DNA of 64,000 bases from Amoebidium appalachense (taxonomy: Eukaryota; Protista; Ichthyosporea). The notes beneath the pieces are model-generated. The model did no database searches, was not told the origin of the DNA, and saw nothing but the letters and a program-made list of their open reading frames with translations. Of this stretch, positions 28,949 through 40,790 are shown in pieces. Location of the stretch: contig CAVNZM010000016.1 in the NCBI GenBank assembly GCA_963693365.1, positions 4,950,043 through 5,014,042 of the forward strand, given 5' to 3'. The first letter of the stretch is position 1. Every line of letters starts with the position of its first letter. The position numbers and the translations under genes are program-made.

Positions 28949-29087
28949 AATAACCAACCACCTGGTGTAGTCGTTGGCTTTGACACCACCGTAGTAGTGG
29001 CTGCAGATGTGAAATATTTCTATGTGTCAGTTATGAACTCAACCCATTCTACTCTCCTTTGCTCCCCCCTCCCCACCCCCCTCCCAT

Positions 29088-29123
<36 letters not shown>

Positions 29124-30719
29124 ACACACACAGAACCACCGCCACCACTACCACCATCACCACCACGACCACGCCTGTCCGCCTGACCACCACCTCCCAT
29201 CCCTCCTCCCATCAATCACTCTTTCTATACCCCCCTCCCCTCCCCCACCCACCCACCCACCCACTTAACCCCCCCCCCTCCCCCCCACCCTTCTCCCATC
29301 CCCTCCTCCCCCACCCCCCACCCCCCCACCCCCACCCCCACCACCACCGATCTCCCTCTTTTTCCTCTCCACCCCCCCGTCTCTCTCTTCAAACCCCCCT
29401 CAACCACTCTCTCTACCCTCTCCTCCCCCCCACCCCTCCCCCTCCCCACGTGCCCCATCAATATTACTCATAATAAAACAAAAGATGAGAGTCAAGTGGT
29501 AAGAAGGGGAGGGGGGGGGGGGGAGGGGAGGGAAGCGAAAAGGATAAGAGGACAATTACGTTTAACTCCATCCACTTCCACCTCACACAGGGTGAGAATA
29601 TTGCTGAATCCCGGAAGAGAAACCCGGATTTTGCTGCCAATCAACCCGGGCTGGCATTTGATGTCGGAGGCAGAGCCGGCCGGGGGGGCTGGGTTGCTTG
29701 CACTCCCACACACCACACCGTCAACGGTGACCTGAATATAACGAGAATGTTCGAGGATAAGCTAGTGCGGGGGGTATTATATGGCAAAAGTAAGGAAACT
29801 GTGTATCTAGCGAGTTAGAAGTCCAATAATAATCCCCACCTTACCTTGAAGCCTGCCTCCCTAAAACACTCCCACCCCGCCCTTCCCCTCTTCCCTCCCC
29901 CCCCCCCCCCCCCCTCCCCGCCCCTCCCCTCCCATCCCATTCCGCAATCTCCCAGGAGTTTCCTATTTGTTACAAAATCACACACCTAAATCCCCCCCTC
30001 CCCCCCACCCCCCTCCCCCCCCACCCCCACCCCCCCCCACCCCCCCCACACACACACCCGCGCCCCCACCACACACGCACACCGAAAAAAAAAAAAGAAA
30101 GAAGAAGAAGAAAAAAAAAACGTCTCACCCTGAAGCCAGCCAGCCTGTAAGCGAAATCCAACCGGTTCCAAACCCGGACGGTTTTAATCTCCAATCTGTC
30201 TTGTAGGTCCACCTCCCACCAAGGGTTTGAAGACAATCTTGTTTGAGTGCACGAATTTGCGTTCCAATCGGTGTTTGTGTTGCAATCGACGGCGCGGAGT
30301 GACTCTGCTCCCAACGTCGTGCTGCTCTGGCTGGTGGGCTTGTTGCAGGCCACGTTGTTGATCCCTGCGAAAGTTCGGCACGTGTTTTGGGAATTTAGGA
30401 CACACAGATAAATATATATATAAATATGTATATACATGTATGGTAAAAATTCGTATTACCTGGCCACTGGTATTAGGAGGGGGTGCTGGGGGGTGTTTTT
30501 CGCATATGACCTTCTATGTGGGCAGCAGCATAGGGCCAAACAGTGATAACGCCGGGTCGGGTCCGGGAATCGGATAAACTGAAATCAGATGGGCTGATTG
30601 AATTCGCAATTCCACATTAAAAAGTTTGAGCCGTTTGATTGGATTCGCAATTCCATTTTAAAAAATCCCCCATTTTCAGGATTGTGACTAATATTAGTTT
30701 GCCAGATGACAGATGACGC

Positions 30720-30752
<33 letters not shown>

Positions 30753-30841
30753 ATATAAGAGAGGCATGTATTCATGTGCATGTGTGTGTATCAGCTCGAA
30801 AGAGCCACGGGTGATGGATGAATGGAAGGGTCGTGTTTCTC

Positions 30842-30877
<36 letters not shown>

Positions 30878-31518
30878 CTATGGGGGCTGGGGAAGGAGAA
30901 TAGGGTGTGGAAGGTAGAGCGAGAAGCGGGGGAGAAGAAATGCGGGGGGGGGGGGAGAGGGGGGAGGCGAAGGGAGGGGGCGAGGAGAAGGGACGGGGGG
31001 GAGGGGGGGGGGGGAGAGAGAGAGAGAGGGGGGGGGAGGGGGGGGGAGGGGAGGGGAAGGGAGGGGGGAGGGGAAGGATGCTCTTACGTGGTGGGATAAC
31101 TGGAGAGGCAGAATATTTTGTTGAAGAGAGGTGTCAGCATTATCAATTTAATTCCCAAGCAAACAAAATATATGCCGCAAGCAACACAGATCTATGGTAA
31201 TTTAATATCTAATTTTTATCTTGATAATCTACCGTGCTTCAAATCCATATTACTGCTCTCCTGGTTTATGGGCCTTTATCTTCATATCTCCCACGGATGC
31301 ATATACTGGGTTTTGAAGGCCTTGTTTGGGGATAGATTGGGATTTCTCTGTTTCCTGTTGTGTGTGTTTGTATGTATGTATGTATGTGTGTGTATGTGTG
31401 TATGTGTGTATGTGTGTATGTGTGCGTGTGTGTGTGTGCGCGTGTGTGTGCGTGTGTGTGCGTGTGTGTGCGTGCACACGCGTGTGCGCGTGTGTGTGTG
31501 CGTGCGTGCGTGCACACG

Positions 31519-31552
<34 letters not shown>

Positions 31553-31627
31553 ACGCAGTGTGTGTGTGTGCGTGTGTGTGTGTGTACACGCCTGTGTGTG
31601 TGTGTGCGTGTGTGTGTGTGTACACGC

Positions 31628-31680
<53 letters not shown>

Positions 31681-32164
31681 TGTGCGTGTGTGTGTGTACA
31701 CGCCTGTGTGTGTGTGTGCGCGTGTGTGCGTGCGTGCGTGCACACGCGCGTGTGTGTGTGTGTGCGTGTGCGTGTGTGTGCGCGTGTGTGCGTGTGTGTG
31801 TGCATGCACACGCGCGTGCGTGCGTGCGCGTGCGTGCGCGTGCGCGTGCATGCGTGCACGTGCGCGTGTGCGTGCGCGCGTGTGTGCAGGTATGCAGCAT
31901 CATTTTTTTTTAATTTTTTTTTTTTTTTGGGGGGGGGGGGGGGGGGGAGCTGAGGGCAGTGAACTGCTCCTTATCAATTTGTTTTTTCCCAACGGAAATC
32001 ACCGAGATTATCAAGATATAGAACACTGCAGGGTGCGCCGGGGGGGGGGGGGGGGGGGGGGGGGGGTTATTACGCATAAGCAAAGGGAACACAATTACGA
32101 TGATCGCACCATTCTATGAGAACCACAAAGTTTCACACACACACATACATCCAAGGGCGTGTGC

Positions 32165-32197
<33 letters not shown>

Positions 32198-32531
32198 AAC
32201 ACACACGCACACACACGCACAAACACCTAACCCCTGCCGTCCCCTCCCCTCCCCCCTTCCCCCCCTCCCCCCCCCCCCCCCACACACACACACCCACACG
32301 CCTACCCCCCTTCCCCCTCTTCCCCCCCCTCCCACACACAAACACACCTATCCCCTCACCCCCCCTTTCACACACACACACAGAGAGAGACACACACACC
32401 TACCCTCCTTCCCCTCAACAAACACGTACCACTCCTACCCCCCCCCCCCCTCCTCCCGTCAAGCACACCTACCACCCCTCCCCCCTCCCATCCCCCTCTC
32501 CCCCCTCTCCCCCCCCCCCCCCTTTTCCCCA

Positions 32532-32577
<46 letters not shown>

Positions 32578-33419
32578 CTGCACAGAGCCTGCCGGTACCC
32601 TGGAAACCTGTGTTGCATGCACAGGTAAAGGCACCAGCCGTATTTGTGCATGTTGCATTAGGCGCACAGTTGTGTGTCTTAAGCTGGCATTCATCGATAT
32701 CTGTAATATGGGAGATTGTGTCAAAGGAATGATTACGGCCAATCAAATAAACAGATTTGATGCCTTTTTTGGGCAGTAGATCAACGGACTACGCCTGCGG
32801 TGATAATATGTGTAGGATTAAAGGTGGTAAGAGTTGAACAAGCCAGGAATGGCAGAGGAATATAGTGTTGCAAAATGCTGAAATATTTTGTTGCATTTCC
32901 GGTGTTTTTAGTCATTTTCCTCTACACATGCGTGCGCACACCTTCATATGTTATCTCTGTCCCAATATATCCCGCCTTGCACGTGCACATTTGCACACGC
33001 AACAGTTATCCCCCTGCCAAAATATCCCACCCAGGGTACACAAACCTTGGCAAGTTATCCCGGTACCAGCATATCCCGTCGTGCATGCACATATGAAGGA
33101 GCCGGGGGTGTTTATGCACGAGGCCAGGGGCGCACAATTGTGGGTGCGAGCCAAACATTCGTTGATGTCTGGAATAACAACATTGACGTGTTAGCGAAAT
33201 TCGTTTTTCAGGTTCATTTTTACCGTTTTTTTCTACGCCAAGTCTAAGCTTGCCTACTTTGGGTGGCTTCCAAATTCACATGAGAAACTAGTGTCATCTA
33301 CCCTACTCTCTGTGCTCACTATACAAACAGCCCACCAAAACTGCCAATATTGCCGCATAAGCAAAACTACACTGAATAAAAAAGGCCTTCTGCATTCTAA
33401 CAACAATTTCCCCTTACCC

Positions 33420-33465
<46 letters not shown>

Positions 33466-34258
33466 CCCCTTCCCTCCTGGGGCACCCTTCCTCCCCCCCC
33501 CCCCCCCCCCCCCCCTTCTCCCCCTTCTCCCTTTCCCCACTCCTCCTTCCCCCCGTTACAAGCATATACATACATCACCATCCGGGCTGTTACCCCAAGA
33601 GAGAGGATAAAAAAACATGGTTGTTAACTTACCCAGTGATCAGTTGGAACCTGGATCATCCCCCCGTCCCTCGCCCCCTCCCCGCCCCCCCCCCCCCCCC
33701 CTCCCCCCTTCTCCCCTCCACCCTCCCCTCCTCCCCCCCCCCCCCCTGCCCCCCACCCCCACCCCCGCAAGCCCCTTCCTGATTGACATACTACTTGCGT
33801 TCGAGGTAGTTATACTACGGCATTATGTGCCATATTGAATCTGAGGAGGGAAAAAAAAAAAAAAGCTACGAAAACTTGATGTCATCCATGAGAGACCTAC
33901 CTGCACAGCGAAACCCGGTGCCCGCAAACCCCTTGTTACAGCTGCACGTGAAGGAAGACACTGTGTCCGTACACGTAGCAGCAAAAGAGCACCTGTGTTT
34001 TCCAGTGGCGCATTCATCGATTAAGGCGGGTGTGGTGGCGGTAGCCGTGGCCCTTGGAACAATGACGACTATTGGAGCGGCACCGTCGACACGTCCCGCC
34101 AAAGATGTGGTTGTAGCACCTGATGATTTTAGAAAGTAGGATGAGTTGAGGATGTTTTGATTATCTCGCCTTAAAGTTACGAATAAATTTATCGTCTGCG
34201 CACCAGAGTGTATAACAATCCGTGGTATTATAAAAAAGGCCAAGATGCATACAGTCAT
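15377..34258 (-). CDS. Large multi-exon, probably secreted M60-like (TCAF/FAM115-like) metallopeptidase with EGF x4, F-type lectin, Thr-rich stalk, WSC x3 and a C-terminal carbohydrate-binding-like domain
   Basis: Approximate exons: EGF_CA 33900-34120, 33046-33170, 32578-32701; FTP 30130-30364 + 29560-29731 ([12 protein letters not shown]...AVDCN...WWEVDL...[11 protein letters not shown]...LTLCEVEV); Thr-rich mini-exons 26905-29000; WSC 26001-26717, 24783-25057, 23254-24205; TCAF-like N-terminus 20622-21513 ([14 protein letters not shown]); M60-N 19400-20034 ([15 protein letters not shown]); catalytic exon 18183-19015 ([23 protein letters not shown]); EGF 17005-17125; C-terminal 16200-16530 + 15377-15582 (NGGFE, IPGW, LLDNV). 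The single-gene model and start codon are inferred. Confidence 0.8.
15641..15890. repeat. ~118-bp tandem duplication followed by a short inverted copy, in the last intron of the M60 gene
   Basis: GTAGCTTTGTGATGTTCAACCATACT...GATGGTTAG occurs twice; AAGCGTATACTTGATGTGATTTGGATTA is the inverse of part of the unit. Confidence 0.8.
18183..19015 (-). CDS. Peptidase M60 catalytic exon (HEXXH...E gluzincin)
   Basis: HEVGHNYQ followed by WGETTNN, the M60/enhancin-like signature. Confidence 0.92.
20130..20615. repeat. Intronic minisatellite, ~33-39-bp unit (GTACAAAGAGGATGCAACAAGCATATAACACAT)
   Basis: About 13 tandem copies between M60 exons. Confidence 0.93.
25362..25757. mobile_element. Putative Tc1/mariner-type MITE with internal tandem duplication
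   Basis: TA|CAGGGGTAGGC ... GCTTACCCCTG|TA: 11-bp TIR with 1 mismatch and TA target duplication; the interior is two diverged ~175-200-bp units. Confidence 0.65.
27690..29045. repeat. Tandem duplication (~740-bp offset) of two mini-exons with their introns
   Basis: 27811-28107 is essentially identical to 28550-28847; exons [13 protein letters not shown] and [20 protein letters not shown] recur. Confidence 0.9.
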
Positions 34259-34771
34259 CAGTAATTTCAAACTATTGATGCGGAAAATTTGCAAGCATGA
34301 CTACTATTATATAAAGGGCTCACCACTCGACAAGAATAATTCTGCTGCACAGCGGCACAGAATTATTCTACTTTCCGAAGATTGAAATGCACTCTGCAAA
34401 AAGCAGCTGCGAAGTATAAAGCGGAGTTAAGAAATATTGGATTCCCCCAGTGCACAATACTTATGTTCTACATTTGCTCAGCTTGCTAGAAGCAGAATAG
34501 TTTCTTTCTTTCTTTCTTTCTTTCTTTTTCTTTTTTTTTTTTTGTAAGAATAATTCTTGTTGTTGAAGACATTTTCTACTTGCAGCGAGCTTACTTTGCT
34601 AGGGCCTCTTGAGCCAGCAGAATAAAATACTGATCGTAGCATATTCTGATATTAGGATGAGACGGGACTGCTTTTTGCACAATAATTCTGCCTTTTCTCT
34701 GCTCAAAGCCGCGGTGGGTTCCAAGCAGTGCATCGGCATAATATAAATTCTGCTCTCGCACAATAATGATT

Positions 34772-35036
34772 CTTTTATTTTTTTTTTTATTTTTTTATTT
34801 TTATTTTTTATTTTATCCCGTTTCACTCCCGGAGGCACTGCCTAAGGGGAGCTAACGTCTTCCACAGTAGACACACGAATGTGCTCTCTACATAGTGCAA
34901 CTATAAGTCAGGATACATAATCCCGACTGTCACTACATATTCTGGCAATTCTTAGCCCACGGGGTTGCCGCAGTCACGCTAGTGGGGATTGAGCAAACTC
35001 ACTTCAACCAACACCTAGCCAGGAGTGACCCGGGGG
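34772..35036 (-). mobile_element. PolyA-tailed retroposon 3' end (SINE or truncated LINE), copy A
   Basis: Minus strand ends ...GGGAGTGAAACGGGATAAAATAAAAAA; homologous in blocks to 44802-45052. Confidence 0.65.
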
Positions 35037-35099
35037 AAAATAAAAGGGTATAAGCAAGAAAAAATGTTCGGAAAGTTAGAAACAATACAATAAGACGAA

Positions 35100-35670
35100 G
35101 CAGTGTGTTCGTGCTGCTCTGCATGGTGGAAAAGAAAGAAAGAAGAGCAGTGTGTTGGTGCTGCTCGGCATGGTAGAAGACTAGAGCAGGGTGTTGGTGC
35201 TGCTCGGCATGGTAGAAGACACTAGAGCAGGGTGTTGGTGCTGCTCGGCATGGTAGAAGACAATAGAGCAGGGTGTTGGTGCTGCTCGGCATGGTAGAAG
35301 ACACTAGAGCAGGGTGTTGGTGCTGCTCGGCATGGTAGAAGACACTAGAGCAGGGTGTTGGTGCTGCTCGGCATGGTAGAAGACACTAGAGCAGGGTGTT
35401 GGTGCTGCTCGGCATGGTAGAAGACTAGAGCAGGGTGATGGTGCTGCTCGGCATGGTAGAAGACACTAGAGCAGGGTGTTGGTGTTGCTCGGCATGGTAG
35501 AAGACACTAGAGCAGGGTGATGGTGCTGCTCGGCATGGTAGAAGACACTAGAGCAGGGTGATGGTGCTGCTCGGCATGGTAGAAGACACTAGAGCAGGGT
35601 GTTGGTGCTGCTCGGCATGGTAGAGGACACTAGAGCAGGGTGTTGGTGCTGCTCGTCATGGTGGAAGAAG
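35100..35670. repeat. Minisatellite, 41-bp unit (GAGCAGGGTGTTGGTGCTGCTCGGCATGGTAGAAGACACTA), ~13 copies
   Basis: Direct tandem periodicity. Confidence 0.95.
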
Positions 35671-36106
35671 ACAGCATGAAGTTCGTGCGGCCTATTGGTA
35701 TTCTTATGTTTTTCTAGAGTTTTTGACGCTTTAGTAAATTTCGTTTTTCCTGACAAAGTGCCCATGTCGCAAAACTAATAACTCGTGTTGTACTAGTCCT
35801 ACGGCAACGGCTCAAACACGGCCATGTTGCCAGCGTTTGGCTCTATGCAATGGTGTGCATGCCGCCCCTTGTGCGTAAATGTGGTGGAGTGTGGATGCAG
35901 CGGCGCACGGCCGTTTACGAAACACGTGTCGTGTTTTGTGCCTGGTCGCGATGGCCCTGTGCGTGTTAAAATTTAAGAGAATAGGAATGTGCAAAATACG
36001 CATCTTGATTGGTTGCATTTTATCTGATGAGCCCGGAGTGGCGATCTTATTGGATAGTTAACTGCTATTTTTAAGGAATCATACTGCTTGTTCACCGATC
36101 ACATAA

Positions 36107-36179
36107 AGTCGCACACATCGATTCAGTCGCACACATCGATTCAGTCGCACACATCGATTCAGTCGCACACATCGATTCA
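36107..36179. repeat. 18-bp tandem repeat x4 (AGTCGCACACATCGATTC) upstream of the LINE
   Basis: Directly visible. Confidence 0.9.
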
Positions 36180-36284
36180 AATGTCGCTCTTTATTATCTG
36201 CTAACAAATAGTATCCTTCGCGCATCCACCCCTAAACCAGGCCATCCGTGGCCCTAAGGGCCGGGGAACACCCCCATCCATGTC

Positions 36285-37469
36285 ATGGCACATGCCTATA
36301 ATCGTTTCAGAACCTCTTTCAAAGTTCCATCTACACCCATCACACATGTGCGACCATTAAAACGTCCAGCAGATACACCTACCACAGATGCACAACCAGA
36401 AAAACATCGCCTTAGACTAAGCGCAACACCTATTTACAATACACTACCCATTCAGAATAACACCACACCACTCCGTAGAAACACAATAACAACCATGCCG
36501 AAACTTTCGGTTGATACAGTACTGGCAGAACTTGCCCTCGTTAAGAAACAGCTAAATGAGCTGTTACCACTCAAGAACATGATAGAAAAACTCCAAACAG
36601 AAAATACCCAACTCAAGCTCACCATTGATTCACTCACAGCCCAGCTAAACATTAGTGGATCGCAAAACCCCAAAACTCATGAGCAAACATCTCGCGACGG
36701 AGACATTTCCACCCCAACACAAAACAACACAGGACCGGAAGCACAGCTCCCGGCAGAGTTCCTAGAATATGCGAACTCTCGTAAAACACCCGAGCTCCGC
36801 CAAATTGCCAAGGAAACATATGCCAGCATTCTTGCAGGCAACGAGTACCGCCGCAACTCCCCTCCCAAACCGCCGGCTAAGGGGAACACCCAAGCAAACG
36901 GTAACATCAACATCCCACCCAAATACGAGAGGGTGTATTTCAAAGTCAAGCACGGCAGACGCCCACACAGGGCCATGTGGTCCATCTTCAAGGCTCTCGG
37001 CTTCCGGTGCTCTCGCATCCTTTGTCTGTCCTTCATTGGATACGATGTGCTGGAAGTAGCAGTACGGGGCGACTATAACCGTGCGTTCATCCGTGACGCG
37101 ACAAAGGGGTGTGGAAGCTTCTTCACCCACCTCCCAAGCTACGACCCATGCGCGCCGGAAAACATTCAGAAAGCAGACAAAGAACGTAAAGTGTCTGCTA
37201 AGAATGCGTGCGCCACACGTTGTCGTGTACGCATCAGCAAGGCAAAAGAGTTCCTCGCAAAGTTGGAAAACGATGCTACGAGCGTGATAGACACGGACAC
37301 GAAGGAACCAATGTTTTCTGGTGAGAAACTGCTCGAGCGCAAACGCCGATGCGAGATGGAAATCGAGCTCTTCTGCGAACTGTTCGCGCTGGCGGAAGGT
37401 CGTGCATACGACCCCGTAAGCGACAAGTGGGAACCAACCCCACAGGTGTCGGACCAAACCGATGCCTAA
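36285..37469 (+). CDS. LINE ORF1 (coiled coil + RRM-like domain), 394 aa
   Basis: Heptad region LALVKKQLNELL...LQTENTQLKLTIDSL; motif YERVYF...ALGFRCSRILCLSFIG..VLEV..RGDY...YDP; lies immediately upstream of ORF2. Confidence 0.85.
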   Translation: MAHAYNRFRTSFKVPSTPITHVRPLKRPADTPTTDAQPEKHRLRLSATPIYNTLPIQNNTTPLRRNTITTMPKLSVDTVLAELALVKKQLNELLPLKNMIEKLQTENTQLKLTIDSLTAQLNISGSQNPKTHEQTSRDGDISTPTQNNTGPEAQLPAEFLEYANSRKTPELRQIAKETYASILAGNEYRRNSPPKPPAKGNTQANGNINIPPKYERVYFKVKHGRRPHRAMWSIFKALGFRCSRILCLSFIGYDVLEVAVRGDYNRAFIRDATKGCGSFFTHLPSYDPCAPENIQKADKERKVSAKNACATRCRVRISKAKEFLAKLENDATSVIDTDTKEPMFSGEKLLERKRRCEMEIELFCELFALAEGRAYDPVSDKWEPTPQVSDQTDA

Positions 37470-40400
37470 TTTATCCTTCTTCTTCTGGAATGCTCGGACA
37501 CTGGGCCCCCAAAAGGGCCTCCCCCCCGGGACACTCGACGATAAAATCAGCTACATACAACAACAGACAAACAACCACACGTTTACAGTGATTTGCGAAA
37601 CACAGTTTAAAAACCACCACAAATTCAACTCTACATTGGTCGACACATCCACACACCCCGGTTACGCGAAAAACCGAGGCATTATTGTACTTGCCGCACC
37701 ACACGTGAGAGTGAAGTGCAAACCGGTAGCAAAAACGGAATTCTCGGTTTCTATAGAGTTTCTTTCTAATGTTTTTACTTTTGTATATTACCCACCATCT
37801 ATGTCGGTTGTCGAATTGACTCACGAGTTGTCACAGTTACCAATGTCCACTGTTATTTTAGGTGATTTTAACACGCGACTCCACCACACAGACACACTGC
37901 AAGTGAGTGTCGGGTACCCATCTAAGCCCCCGGAGCGTGCTATCCCTTTAGCAAGGTATGTCCAAAGTCACACTTTGCGGTTCCCTCAAATATCCCATGC
38001 CCACAACACCGACTGGGGAGTGGCCTTTTGGCCATCAACCATGTCAAAACTCTCTCTCCCTCCTAACCTCTCTAGGTCATCTGACCACTCTCCTATCCTT
38101 TTCCTACCTAAGATCTCCCTTGATCTGCTCCCCCCTCCCCCTCCCACCTTTCGCCTCCGTCTATCCCAGCTTAAGTCACAGTGGGGTAGAGTTGATGTAT
38201 GTGTATGCTATGCTACGAAACACCCTATATATATGCGCCTATTAGAATCTGCACAAGCCAGGCCAGATTCACATCTCGTACTAGATACATGCACTAACTT
38301 TATTGTTGATGATTTGATAGATCTCGGTGATTATGCTGGCGGTGGTAGGAAGGAATATCCCGATGCTCTCTTGTTACCAAACACCACTCCCGCTAGACTA
38401 GGTGAACCCCTGTCTCAAAAGGAAAGCTTGCGCCGGCTTGCTAGTATGAATCGATTTGGCCCCCCTGCTCGTATTATTGGTGATACCACTGGAGACCCCC
38501 TCATAGACTCTGATAAGTATTTCTCGGAACTGTTTAAAGATAGGACCCCCGCTCAGAAACCTATTGTGTGGCCTGTAGACCCATCTATCCCCATAGAATC
38601 GATCCTCCCCTTTTTCAGTCCCGATGCCATATGGTCTGTGATATCTAGTTATAGCTCTAGTAAGTCTTGTGGACCTGATGGACTCCCTGCTGGGTTTCTT
38701 AAAATCCTTGTTCCCTCCTACCCACAAAAGGAAAGTGATCGTGCTATTAAACCTGATCTTACTATCATGTTAAGCTCTCTCTTTTCTTGGTGTGTTAAAT
38801 GTGGACATGTCCCGTCATCTTGGTTAGATACCTTAGTGATCCCCATAGTTAAGAAGGACTCTGAGGGCCCCATATCATCCTTTCGCCCCATTACACTAAC
38901 CCAGGTTGTTCGTAGATTCTTTGAAGCTTGCTTACTTAGGTTATTTGCACATCACCCTAGGTTTCAATCTATTCTTCACATACACCCATGCCAATCCGCT
39001 TTTCGTAAAAACAATTCATGTTATGTTCAAATAATGGCACTGCACGATTCTATGGAAGTTGGTGCACAATATGTTGGCTTTATTGATTGGAAAACTGCTT
39101 ACGATTCTGTCTCCCCTGGTCTCCTATGGGAAAAGCTTGCTGCACGGGGTGTACCACACTGCATTGGTGTTCTGTTAGAAGCACTCTTGTCTCAAACCTA
39201 TGGTAGAGCTGTGGTTAATGGGCATCTTTCATATGGTTTTGCTCGTACTAGAGGTCTCTTGCAGGGTTCATTGCTTAGCCCCTTTTTGTTTAACCTATTT
39301 ATAGATGATTTGGCTGTCAAGATTTACGCCGAAAACGATGACCCTATTAATAACTTTCCGCCTGCACTTCTCTATGCTGATGATCTGTCCCTCCTTGCCC
39401 GTACCCCTAGACGCCTGCAAAGATTGTTCGATGTAGTGTCAGAGTGGTGCAAGGCAAACCTTATGATCCTTAACATAGACAAATGTGGTGTTCTTGTACC
39501 TGATATAGCTAACAATTTACACACATTTACATTATCATCTAAACCTGTACCTATAGTTCCAGAATACAAATATCTTGGTGTTCCGGTTGATTCTGTTGGT
39601 GTTATGTTTCCCCATATGGTCGAAAAGAGGGTAGAGTTGGCTCGTAAGCGGTTAGCTTTCTTCTCGGCTAATATTTTTAAAGACACACCCCTCCATCCTT
39701 CTATTAGACTTACATTTATTCGCACTTTTGTCTTCCCGGCATGTGAATATGGTTTACCCCTTCTCGCCGCTTGGATCAAGAAAGAGAGAACTAGAGCGCT
39801 TAAACCCTTGGCAAATTTCCTTGAAGCAGAAGTTGCCTCCTTTCTATCTAACAACTGTTGTAAACCTGGGCCTGTAACGCTCTCGATATATGGTCTGGTC
39901 CCAATAGCTGCTAGAGTATCCTATCTCGCGCTGAAATTCAATAAGCACATAAGCCGCTTAAAGAAGTATTTGCCCTCCCACCCTCTCTTCTCTATCCGAC
40001 CTGTCCCCTCCTCACCTCTCCCCTCTTTCCTCCCCTCTCTCTCCCCTTCTCCCCTGGGCACAAATACAAATAAACCCCGCAATAGTGTGTGTGTGACTTT
40101 GGACTGCCACTTACTTATTAAACATGTACACAATCACAAGATAATCACGCAATATAACAAATGGAAAAAGATACCACACGACACTAGACCCGATGAAAGC
40201 ATACACCTTGAAAAACTAAGCCTTATGTCTCGTTTTATATATACTGACCGCCTCAACCATATTGCCAAATATGGCACTCGCAAGTGTATAACACCTAAAT
40301 ACATATTACCTTCCTGTAGAACTGGTCTTTCTCTAGCTGATGGTATTATTGATCAATTACCACGCTTTTACTGTACACGTGCTATACAGTGGAGATCTAA

Positions 40401-40656
40401 TAAGTATAAGGTGGCATCATTTGCATGCCCAAACAACACACACACACACCAGTTTAACCGGTCATGTATCGCCAAATGTAGTTTGATAGACCACATAATA
40501 CCGCAACACACACACGTCACATTCACAACAGACACCCAGAAAGATAGCCTACCTGTAAATTACAACATCCTTGATTTTATACTAAACACGCGTAACTACG
40601 ACCTGTTTATTAGATGTATTGATTGGCTTGAGAAACACATCACTACAAAATTATAG
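37462..40656 (+). CDS. LINE ORF2: apurinic endonuclease + reverse transcriptase, 1064 aa
   Basis: APE motifs WNART, CET, GDFN, SDH; RT motifs GPDG, FRPITL, DWKTAYDSV, GLLQGSLLSPFLFN, YADD, YKYLG. Confidence 0.97.
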   Translation: MPNLSFFFWNARTLGPQKGLPPGTLDDKISYIQQQTNNHTFTVICETQFKNHHKFNSTLVDTSTHPGYAKNRGIIVLAAPHVRVKCKPVAKTEFSVSIEFLSNVFTFVYYPPSMSVVELTHELSQLPMSTVILGDFNTRLHHTDTLQVSVGYPSKPPERAIPLARYVQSHTLRFPQISHAHNTDWGVAFWPSTMSKLSLPPNLSRSSDHSPILFLPKISLDLLPPPPPTFRLRLSQLKSQWGRVDVCVCYATKHPIYMRLLESAQARPDSHLVLDTCTNFIVDDLIDLGDYAGGGRKEYPDALLLPNTTPARLGEPLSQKESLRRLASMNRFGPPARIIGDTTGDPLIDSDKYFSELFKDRTPAQKPIVWPVDPSIPIESILPFFSPDAIWSVISSYSSSKSCGPDGLPAGFLKILVPSYPQKESDRAIKPDLTIMLSSLFSWCVKCGHVPSSWLDTLVIPIVKKDSEGPISSFRPITLTQVVRRFFEACLLRLFAHHPRFQSILHIHPCQSAFRKNNSCYVQIMALHDSMEVGAQYVGFIDWKTAYDSVSPGLLWEKLAARGVPHCIGVLLEALLSQTYGRAVVNGHLSYGFARTRGLLQGSLLSPFLFNLFIDDLAVKIYAENDDPINNFPPALLYADDLSLLARTPRRLQRLFDVVSEWCKANLMILNIDKCGVLVPDIANNLHTFTLSSKPVPIVPEYKYLGVPVDSVGVMFPHMVEKRVELARKRLAFFSANIFKDTPLHPSIRLTFIRTFVFPACEYGLPLLAAWIKKERTRALKPLANFLEAEVASFLSNNCCKPGPVTLSIYGLVPIAARVSYLALKFNKHISRLKKYLPSHPLFSIRPVPSSPLPSFLPSLSPSPLGTNTNKPRNSVCVTLDCHLLIKHVHNHKIITQYNKWKKIPHDTRPDESIHLEKLSLMSRFIYTDRLNHIAKYGTRKCITPKYILPSCRTGLSLADGIIDQLPRFYCTRAIQWRSNKYKVASFACPNNTHTHQFNRSCIAKCSLIDHIIPQHTHVTFTTDTQKDSLPVNYNILDFILNTRNYDLFIRCIDWLEKHITTKL

Positions 40657-40676
40657 CGCACGCGCACACACACACA

Positions 40677-40721
<45 letters not shown>

Positions 40722-40753
40722 CCAGCTGATACCGAGTGTCCCGAGGGGAGCCC

Positions 40754-40790
<37 letters not shown>

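Larger units (their letters stand above)
36270..40789 (+). mobile_element. Apparently intact non-LTR retrotransposon (LINE, APE-type)
   Basis: ORF1 and ORF2 overlap by 8 nt; short 3'UTR with (CA)n and a ~32-nt polyA at 40758-40789; candidate 8-bp TSD CGGGGAAC at 36262-36269 and 40790-40797. Confidence 0.9.

Noticed and set aside
30461-30520. Extra M60-gene exon with a good GTAAT donor
   Set aside because: The phase-compatible frames contain a stop; the flanking exons join in phase without it.
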